IMG/VR virus record: IMGVR_UViG_2927713021_000002
Location: 3,647-67,646 of that record
Origin: a virus
Lineage: Duplodnaviria > Caudoviricetes
Length of the DNA stretch: 64,000 bases
Reading direction: 5' to 3' (one strand)
Shown here: positions 9,746-16,193 of the stretch, one piece after another
Layout: the number at the start of each line of letters is the position of its first letter
Position numbering within the stretch: position 1 is the first letter of the stretch
Translations under genes and position numbers: made by a program
Notes under the pieces: generated by a model
The model's database searches: none
What the model saw: only the letters and a program-made list of their open reading frames with translations
What the model was told of the DNA's origin: nothing

Positions 9746-9808
9746 TGCCCTGTCTCCTGTGTGATGCCCGCCGACGACTGTCGACAGGTCGGTTTACGCT
9801 TAAACTCG

Positions 9809-10045
9809 GCATTCCAAAAAGCCCGCCATCGCCGGCTTTTCAGTAATGCGTGGTCAACCGCAGGCCACTACTGGTGACACCTGCGGTCATGTCCAAAACT
9901 GTTAACTCCGACCGCGGCCGCCTGCCCGCCGGAAAACTGTTCGTGGTGCTTTACGCTGCACACCCGGGCCAGTTGCCAACCCTCTGAACAGTTGAGGCCT
10001 GTTCATCGCTGCCTTTGCAACAACCGGTTTCTACCCGGCTTGAGA
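9809..10045 (-). ncRNA. Highly structured 5' leader of the tailocin operon ending in a long hairpin
   Basis: Consecutive stems: AGCCGG/CCGGTT, TGAACAG/CTGTTCA, GGGTTGG/CTGGCCC, ACCGCAGG/CCTGCGGT, GCATTACTGAAAAGCC/GGCTTTTTGGAATGC. Confidence 0.55.
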
Positions 10046-10048
10046 AAC

Positions 10049-10077
10049 ACGTTATGCGCATATGCATATGCAGTCAA
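10049..10077 (-). promoter_or_regulatory. Sigma70 promoter of the tailocin operon with operator in the spacer
   Basis: TTGACT-17 bp-TAACGT. Spacer contains TGCGCATATGCA (10055-10066), repeated with one mismatch at 10110-10121 and 10969-10980. Confidence 0.6.
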
Positions 10078-10165
10078 TGCATTTATTCATAGAATTTCAC
10101 ATGAGGATTTGCGGATATGCATGAAGGCCATGCATCACGCTGGCTGTAGGATTTTTCTGCAGGCG

Positions 10166-10190
10166 AAAAAAAACCCGCCGAAGCGGGTTT
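10166..10190 (-). terminator. Intrinsic terminator after the repressor gene
   Basis: AAACCCGC-TTCG-GCGGGTTTTTTTT on the minus strand. Confidence 0.85.
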
Positions 10191-10207
10191 GTTCTGACGA
10201 TGTTCAC

Positions 10208-10945
10208 TCAGCGGGCGTACATCCCCCACCAGAAGACGTGGCCCAGCAGGCTGATCTGCTCATCCTGCATCTGCTGGAAAGTGTAGTCCTCGTCGGGGTG
10301 CTCATCGCGGTTGAAGCTGCGCAGGCGGATGCCGGTTGGCAAGCGATACACCTGCTTTACACGCAACTGGCCGTTGTGATTGATGGCATAGAGGTCGCCA
10401 TCGACGATATCGCCGATCGCACATTTACCGGTATTGACCCCTACCGTGGCGCCATCACGCAGCACCGGCAGCATGCTGTTGCCGCGCACGGTCACGCACT
10501 TGGCGTTGTCGAACTGGACGCCATTGTGGCGCAGGCTGCGCTTGCCGAAACGCAGGCGCGCACGCTCGCTCTCTTCGATGACGAATCTTCCTGATCCTGC
10601 TGCCAACTCGACCTCGCGAAGAAAGGGCACGCTAACCTCGTCGTCCTCGACGGGTGTTTCATCGTCCCACAGGCTGATATCGCTCATGTCGGCATGACCA
10701 TGAGCCGGCTGCGCCGCTTCACGCGACTCGCCGAGTTCGGCGCGGCCACGTAACTGGTCGGTGCTGACGGCGAAATACTCGGCGATTTTGGAGACGTGTT
10801 TGTCTGACGGATCAACGATCTTTTCGCTGAGAATCCGCGAAAGCGTGGATTGAGGAACGCCCGTGCGCCGGTGCAGCTCCGTCGGAGACAGGCCGTGGCG
10901 GTCGAGCAAGGTCTTGAGTACGGAGGCTACGTTGCGTTTTTGCAT
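10208..10945 (-). CDS. prtR: PrtR-like XRE/S24 repressor of the tailocin
   Basis: N-terminal HTH (PTELHRRTGVPQSTLSRIL), autocleavage LAAGSG, catalytic GNSM and RVKQ. Confidence 0.85.
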   Translation of the reverse strand: MQKRNVASVLKTLLDRHGLSPTELHRRTGVPQSTLSRILSEKIVDPSDKHVSKIAEYFAVSTDQLRGRAELGESREAAQPAHGHADMSDISLWDDETPVEDDEVSVPFLREVELAAGSGRFVIEESERARLRFGKRSLRHNGVQFDNAKCVTVRGNSMLPVLRDGATVGVNTGKCAIGDIVDGDLYAINHNGQLRVKQVYRLPTGIRLRSFNRDEHPDEDYTFQQMQDEQISLLGHVFWWGMYAR

Positions 10946-11121
10946 AAGCCGCATAATGCAACGAGTTGTGCGCAAATGCAATTGATGCGGCAGCGCACCG
11001 GCCAGCCTGCGCTTGGCAGAGCGCGGCAATCCAATGGCGTATCGTCCCTGCATCGCCGGGCAAAAGTCTGTAACATTGCCGGTTTCAAAATCGCCCACCG
11101 AATCACGCTGTAAGGCCCCGA

Positions 11122-11163
11122 ATGTCTGACCTCTCCGCGCACACTCCAATGATGCAACAGTAG
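11122..11163 (+). pseudogene. mutS': Stranded native 5' end of mutS (MSDLSAHTPMMQQ*)
   Basis: Matches the MutS N-terminus HTPMMQQY; truncated by TAG at the att junction; preceded by GCTGTAAGGCC SD region. Confidence 0.9.
11146..11162 (+). repeat. attL core CCAATGATGCAACAGTA
   Basis: Identical 17-mer at 61448-61464 (23 bp with one mismatch if extended to CACAC). Confidence 0.92.
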
Positions 11164-11211
11164 ATGCTTGATCAGTGCATAGGGCGCGCCGTTACTGGGC
11201 TGCGCGGCCAT

Positions 11212-11289
11212 GCTGTCTAATACAGATTGCGAGCTTTCCGCGAGTTTCGACCAGTAAAGTCGCGAAGCTATCGAGCAGTATTAGACAGC
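11212..11289. repeat. Imperfect 78-bp palindrome containing putative integrase arm sites (TGTCTAATA)
   Basis: GCTGTCTAATAC (11212-11223) / GTATTAGACAGC (11278-11289); TGTCTAATA recurs at 61392-61400 near attR. Confidence 0.7.
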
Positions 11290-11336
11290 TAAACCCCCCT
11301 CCTCCGGCGTCCTGCCGACCGAATCCCCAACCAAAA

Positions 11337-11630
11337 CTACAACGTCCGACACCACCACGACTGCGCATACAGCACGCCGTCAACCTCCTCCACACCATTG
11401 ATGTTGATGCCGAGCTGGGCCATGCCATTCACCTTCGCATCGTGCAGACGCGGGATGACGTCGGCGCCGGGCGAATGGGTGAAGACCCAGGCCTGCGTGG
11501 ACACCCTGCCCAACGGCGCGCTGTGGTGATCGCCGATGTGGATGTCTGCCTTTAGGGCCTGGATCTTCCCCAGCTGATCAGTCGGGATGGCCACGCCCAG
11601 CTTGCGCCGCCGGACGATCAGGAAGTACAT
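11337..11630 (-). CDS. Hypothetical protein coupled to the UmuD-like gene
   Basis: 97-aa ORF overlapping the end of the upstream S24 gene. Confidence 0.7.
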   Translation of the reverse strand: MYFLIVRRRKLGVAIPTDQLGKIQALKADIHIGDHHSAPLGRVSTQAWVFTHSPGADVIPRLHDAKVNGMAQLGININGVEEVDGVLYAQSWWCRTL

Positions 11631-11992
11631 GACATCGGCCCGTGGCTGCGCAGGCTGTAGGTAACCACGCCCCAGACAGAGAACTCGTCACCCTCCATGA
11701 TGAACCGCGGCGCGTACCGAGGATTCTCCGAGCGCAGCACGATCTGCCGGCCAACATAGTCGAGCCGCTTGCAGACTGGCTCGCCGTTCACCGCCGCGAT
11801 GACGATGTGGCCGGCCCGCGCATCAATCGCCTTGTCGACGATCGCCACGTCCTCGTCGAAGATCCCCGCACCCTGCATGCTGTCGCCGTCGATCCTGACC
11901 AGATACACATTGGGCGCATGCACCTGCATCAGTTCGTCGAGGGATATGGCCTGCAGGTCTTCGACGTATTCGAATGGGTTGGCGGCTGTCAT
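11618..11992 (-). CDS. UmuD'-like (HumD-like) S24 peptidase
   Basis: GDSMQGAGIFDED, VNGEPVCKRL, WGVVTY. No N-terminal arm or cleavage dipeptide; starts near the YVE motif. Confidence 0.8.
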   Translation of the reverse strand: MTAANPFEYVEDLQAISLDELMQVHAPNVYLVRIDGDSMQGAGIFDEDVAIVDKAIDARAGHIVIAAVNGEPVCKRLDYVGRQIVLRSENPRYAPRFIMEGDEFSVWGVVTYSLRSHGPMSCTS

Positions 11993-12005
11993 GCTTGGCT
12001 CAATA

Positions 12006-12021
12006 CTGTATATAGATACAG
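12006..12021. promoter_or_regulatory. LexA (SOS) box
   Basis: CTGTATATAGATACAG (CTGT-N8-ACAG), 13 bp upstream of the UmuD-like ATG. Confidence 0.88.
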
Positions 12022-12051
12022 TATCTTATGGCAGATTGTGGCTTACGACAA

Positions 12052-12594
12052 TTACCGGTCAGCGGGCGCGCTCATCCCGCCCATGATCGACTCGCACGCC
12101 AGCCCAGCTATTCGACTTCGCTCAAGCGCTTCCGCGAGGCTTCCCGCCATTCGGTCAGCGTCTTCAAGCAATCCCCCGAGCACCATGACGGGAGAGGTTC
12201 CTGTCGCGCGCTGCTGGGCAGCGATGGTACTGCAGGTTGCTGCTCGACCGTCGCGCAGTCGGGCGATTTCCCCGCGCAGGCCGACAGAGCCAGACTCAGC
12301 AGTAGCAGCGCGGTCTTTGAGTTTCGCGATAAGCTCGTCACTTTCCCTTCCCTTTTCGTCTGCCAGCGCTTGCCGGCGCTGCTCTTCGGTTCTGGCCTGC
12401 GCCGCGGCACGCCGGTCGCGCTCGGAGACCTCCAGCCGGTAACTGGCCAGGCCCTGCTCTGCTTCGGCGGTCGCGGCCCGGGCATCTGCCGCCGCTCCCT
12501 CGGCAATCACCACCCGGTACTGCTGGCCACCGGCAACCAGCACCAGCGCGATCAGCCACCAGCACCAGGCCGGCGCCGAGCCGAGCCAGGTCAT
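12052..12594 (-). CDS. Rz-like i-spanin
   Basis: N-terminal TM, coiled-coil, C-terminal AGLACE; follows endolysin. Confidence 0.82.
   Translation of the reverse strand: MTWLGSAPAWCWWLIALVLVAGGQQYRVVIAEGAAADARAATAEAEQGLASYRLEVSERDRRAAAQARTEEQRRQALADEKGRESDELIAKLKDRAATAESGSVGLRGEIARLRDGRAATCSTIAAQQRATGTSPVMVLGGLLEDADRMAGSLAEALERSRIAGLACESIMGGMSAPADR
12108..12341 (-). CDS. Rz1-like o-spanin lipoprotein embedded in Rz
   Basis: GTG start, signal KTALLLLSLALSA-C lipobox, Pro-rich; nested out of frame in Rz. Confidence 0.72.
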   Translation of the reverse strand: MTSLSRNSKTALLLLSLALSACAGKSPDCATVEQQPAVPSLPSSARQEPLPSWCSGDCLKTLTEWREASRKRLSEVE

Positions 12595-13217
12595 GCCAGC
12601 ACCCGCACGGCGATGTCGTACAGCGCTTTTCGCTCAGCAGCGCCATGCGGCACGCGCCCAGGCTTGCCGGTATTGATGATGCTGCCGATGTCCTGGATGC
12701 GGCCGGCGTCTGCCAGCTCGTTAAGCCCGTGCTTCGCCCACCACCACGCAGCGGACTGCGCAGCGTGCTCGGCCTGCTCGAGCAGTTCCGGCTGATCCTC
12801 TAGCGGCAGCCCCAGCGCGGCGCCGGCTGCCTGGTAGTTGTCGCGCCCGGTGAGCTGGATCAGCCCGCGACCCCGGTACCGCCAGCCATCCCCCGATGAT
12901 TCGGGACCATTACCCATGCGCCCGCTGTAGACACGATTGGCGATTTTCTCCGGCTGGCGGGCATATGCCGGCGCAGTCTGGGCGGTGAACCTGCTGGGCC
13001 AGGTACGAACCAGCGCGTCGGCGCTGTAGTTGAGGTTCTCGACCAAAACGCGCAGCTGCCCAGATTCGTGGCCGATCTGCGCCAAGAAGGCGGCGGCGCG
13101 CAACCGGCTGTCGATCTTCCAGCGGACCATGGCTCGGTTTAGCGCAGGCAAAAAAATGCCCGCTACGGTGCGGGCTTTTGGCAGAACCTGCAGCAGCTGC
13201 TGCTCGGTGATGGGCAT
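12591..13217 (-). CDS. Endolysin, glycoside hydrolase family 19
   Basis: AAFLAQIGHESG, ENLNYS, YRGRGLIQLTGRDNY, SAAWWW. Confidence 0.92.
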   Translation of the reverse strand: MPITEQQLLQVLPKARTVAGIFLPALNRAMVRWKIDSRLRAAAFLAQIGHESGQLRVLVENLNYSADALVRTWPSRFTAQTAPAYARQPEKIANRVYSGRMGNGPESSGDGWRYRGRGLIQLTGRDNYQAAGAALGLPLEDQPELLEQAEHAAQSAAWWWAKHGLNELADAGRIQDIGSIINTGKPGRVPHGAAERKALYDIAVRVLA

Positions 13218-13455
13218 GAGATCGTTCTCCAGGCAAAAAATACCTCCAGGCGGCGGTATGCGTGATGGTCTAGGCGCTGCCCCTCAGCGCCCAAGCTGTC
13301 GAATGAGGCGATAAACCCACAGATCGGAGCATGATTACGCCTCCGTACTGGGTTTCGGTGGACCCACCCATGCTTTCTCCAAGGCGAACATTCCGCACTT
13401 CCTAGCGCTAGGGTGTAGGAATCATGCCAAAAAATCCTTGGTTCTTTCAGGTGAA

Positions 13456-13484
13456 TTGAGGCGGAAATTTCAAAATGCTATGAT
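13456..13484 (+). promoter_or_regulatory. Sigma70 promoter of the Sel1/acetyltransferase moron
   Basis: TTGAGG-17 bp-TATGAT with extended -10 TG. Confidence 0.6.
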
Positions 13485-13536
13485 TCCGAGATTTTGAAAA
13501 CTTTTGAGCATTGCAACGCATACAAGGATTGCCAGC

Positions 13537-14127
13537 GTGACAAAGAGAAGCAACCTATTTGTTCTACTGGCTTCTGTAACCGCGATAGCATTTGTTGTGC
13601 TGCTTGGTGAATGGAAGCTAAACAAGAAAAGCATTTGGGACGAAATAGCTGAGAATTCGCCATTGGATGCACAAAGAGCAGCCGTATTTATGGCGAAAGA
13701 GTCAAGATTACTAACTGATGCCGAGCTTTCTAATCTAGCAAGAACCATCGTCAGCTCCAGAGAGATAAAGTTTTCTCAAGCAATCACAAATGAACTCATA
13801 TACAAAACACAAAACAGTGAAGCCAAGAAGCTGGCAGTATACATAGCTGAACAAGGATTTATCGCCAAAGGCGACATATTGCTCTCTAATCGGGCCGCCC
13901 TAGAGTACAAAATTGGTAGATTTGTTCCAAGAAACCTTGAAAAAGCGACTATCATTTTTTCAAGCCCAACACTGAAAAACGTCCCAATATCCAAGTTCTA
14001 CTTGGCTGAGATTCTGCTAGACAATGACAACCCAAAAAAAGACCCAAAGACAGCAAAAGAGCTGCTGACAGAATCTGCAAATTCAGGGATAGAAGCAGCA
14101 AAGCAAAAACTTAAGGAACTACAGTGA
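13537..14127 (+). CDS. Membrane-anchored protein with C-terminal Sel1-like repeats
   Basis: GTG start after AAGGA; N-terminal TM; GRFVPRNLEKA and KDPKTAKELLTESANSGIEAA resemble Sel1; AT-rich. Confidence 0.65.
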   Translation: MTKRSNLFVLLASVTAIAFVVLLGEWKLNKKSIWDEIAENSPLDAQRAAVFMAKESRLLTDAELSNLARTIVSSREIKFSQAITNELIYKTQNSEAKKLAVYIAEQGFIAKGDILLSNRAALEYKIGRFVPRNLEKATIIFSSPTLKNVPISKFYLAEILLDNDNPKKDPKTAKELLTESANSGIEAAKQKLKELQ

Positions 14128-16160
14128 ACGCTACAAAGTATAGGCCGGACATCGACGGACTCCGCACAATAGCCGTTATGGGCGTAATCCTATTCCACAT
14201 GAGCTTATCGTTCATCCCGGGCGGCTTTGTAGGAGTAGACGTTTTCTTTGTTATTTCTGGATTTCTAATCACCGGCTTGATCAAGGATGCCGTTGATAAA
14301 GACAGGTTCAGCCTCTCTAACTTCTACATCCGAAGAATCAGAAGACTGATCCCGGCAGCAGCCTGCACAATCACAGTATCTTTCGTTTTTTCCACGCTGT
14401 TATTCTCCAGTGAGCACCTTAAGAGCTCAGCAGCCTCTTCAATCGCCGCACTGTTTTCATTATCGAATGTCTGGTTTTGGCTGGAGAGCGGGTACTTCGA
14501 CTCGTCCGCACTGACCAAGCCGCTTTTACATACCTGGACGCTCAGCGTTGAAGAGCAGTTCTATTTCGTATGGCCAGCCGCATTGGTTTTCTTATTATCA
14601 GCAAGGAGTCGTCTCGTTGCTCCACTGATGTTATTCGCCGCCGGCTGTGTGAGTCTATACTTTGCCTGGGCATGGATTAGACTAGACCCAACATCGCCAT
14701 TCTTCTTGATGCCGTTCCGCATCTACGAATTTGCGATCGGTGCGTTAATGACCTGGGCTCCGCGCAACGGGCTGAAGAACTTCCTGAATGAGTTAATTCT
14801 GCTATCAGGTCTTGTGATCGTCGGGTGGTGCATGCTGACCTACACCGAGAACACGCCCTTCCCATCATACTATGCTCTGCTTCCATGCCTGGGCACAGCC
14901 ATGATCATTTACTCTGGCGAGGCGAGGTTCTCAGGCTTACTTCTGCGAAACAGGGCTATGACATGGGTTGGCGAGCGCTCCTACTCACTATACCTGACGC
15001 ACTGGCCGGCTATTGTTTTTTACACATACTACGTGCTTTCTCAGCCTACGGCGTTAGACCTTGCCATAATCGGCCTAATCACTCTGGCCACGGCCCAATT
15101 TCAATACAAATATATTGAGGTCCCTTTCCGGCTAAACCACGCCGTCGCGAAAAATTTTAGCAACCGTAAATTCGCCGCATACCTGGCTATTCCAGTTTGC
15201 CTGTTGGTATATGTCGGGACAATGGCATACGTACAGGACGGCTGGAAATGGCGAATTGCCAGCTATGGAAAGACTGATTCCCCAGTCACACAGAGCATCG
15301 ACCTTCGTCGCAATGAATGGCAAACATCGCTAATTTCAACGTATGCGAATGCTCAGGACGTTGGCTCCCGAAAGTTGGACGCAAAAACCGCGCTAATCAT
15401 CGGCGATAGTCACGCTGCCCATATACGTAGCGCATTCGACTACATAGGCAAAAAATATAATATTCGCGTCACTCTATGGTATTACGTTGGTTGCAATCCT
15501 CTGTTCGGAACAACTCATGTGTTCGCCGCTCCCGACCCGAGAGAGGAAGGGTGCAAGATCCAGAACAATGCATGGGAGAACCACCTAAAGTCGAACAGGT
15601 ACGACTACATCGTAATTTCATCACGCTGGGCGTGGGCAGTTGAGCCAAGCGAGTATGGACAGTACAAGGTCCCTCAGCAGTATATAGTTGATGTGAGCAA
15701 CCCAATAAAAACCTTGGAGGAGTCAAGGAAGGTATTTGCACAAAGCCTAGACAGGACAGTGAAAGCGGCACTACAAGCATCTGGACAGGTGATTCTTTTT
15801 GCTCAGTCACCAAACATAGGAAAGTCGCTAGATGGCTGCGACAACGTTCCTCGATATATCCTCTCGGAAGAGCAAGTAATCGAAAGATGCAAAACCATCG
15901 ACAAAGGATTAATCCTGAAGAGACAGCAATTCACCAATAGCGTGATACGCACTGTAGCACAACAAAGCAACAGGATTCACGCGGTGATACCAACCGAATT
16001 ATTCTGCAAAAGCAGTGAGCCTAACTGCATTACCTCGTATGACGGATACCGACTTTTCCAGGACGAAACACATTTCACGGTTGAAGGAGCAAAATACTTG
16101 GCGCTCGAGTGGGAAAAATCTGTAGATTTCCCATTCACAAAAGCAGTATCCGATAAATGA
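14124..16160 (+). CDS. O-acetyltransferase, acyltransferase-3 + SGNH (OafA/OatA-like)
   Basis: YRPDIDGLRTIA, GFVGVDVFFVISG, RRIRRL, HTWTLSVEEQFY, SYSLYLTHWP; periplasmic IGDSHA and DETH. Confidence 0.92.
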   Translation: MNATKYRPDIDGLRTIAVMGVILFHMSLSFIPGGFVGVDVFFVISGFLITGLIKDAVDKDRFSLSNFYIRRIRRLIPAAACTITVSFVFSTLLFSSEHLKSSAASSIAALFSLSNVWFWLESGYFDSSALTKPLLHTWTLSVEEQFYFVWPAALVFLLSARSRLVAPLMLFAAGCVSLYFAWAWIRLDPTSPFFLMPFRIYEFAIGALMTWAPRNGLKNFLNELILLSGLVIVGWCMLTYTENTPFPSYYALLPCLGTAMIIYSGEARFSGLLLRNRAMTWVGERSYSLYLTHWPAIVFYTYYVLSQPTALDLAIIGLITLATAQFQYKYIEVPFRLNHAVAKNFSNRKFAAYLAIPVCLLVYVGTMAYVQDGWKWRIASYGKTDSPVTQSIDLRRNEWQTSLISTYANAQDVGSRKLDAKTALIIGDSHAAHIRSAFDYIGKKYNIRVTLWYYVGCNPLFGTTHVFAAPDPREEGCKIQNNAWENHLKSNRYDYIVISSRWAWAVEPSEYGQYKVPQQYIVDVSNPIKTLEESRKVFAQSLDRTVKAALQASGQVILFAQSPNIGKSLDGCDNVPRYILSEEQVIERCKTIDKGLILKRQQFTNSVIRTVAQQSNRIHAVIPTELFCKSSEPNCITSYDGYRLFQDETHFTVEGAKYLALEWEKSVDFPFTKAVSDK

Positions 16161-16193
16161 TAGAAAATGGCGCGCACTGAAGCGCGCCGAATT

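Larger units (their letters stand above)
1..10945 (-). other. R-type (contractile, P2-like) tailocin/phage-tail bacteriocin locus, partial (continues off the left edge)
   Basis: Order repressor-holin-baseplate V/W/J/I-fiber-fiber chaperone-sheath-tube-chaperone-tape measure, with no head, terminase or replication genes. Lies directly upstream of the native mutS start, the known Pseudomonas tailocin position. Confidence 0.88.

Noticed and set aside
1-10945. Left tail cluster as part of the prophage
   Set aside because: It lies outside attL, has its own repressor and holin, and is contractile, while the prophage has a complete separate non-contractile tail.
10946-11149. N-terminal extension of the repressor given in the ORF track (start 11149)
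   Set aside because: It would overlap the native mutS start and promoter; the HTH begins at MQKRNV (10945).
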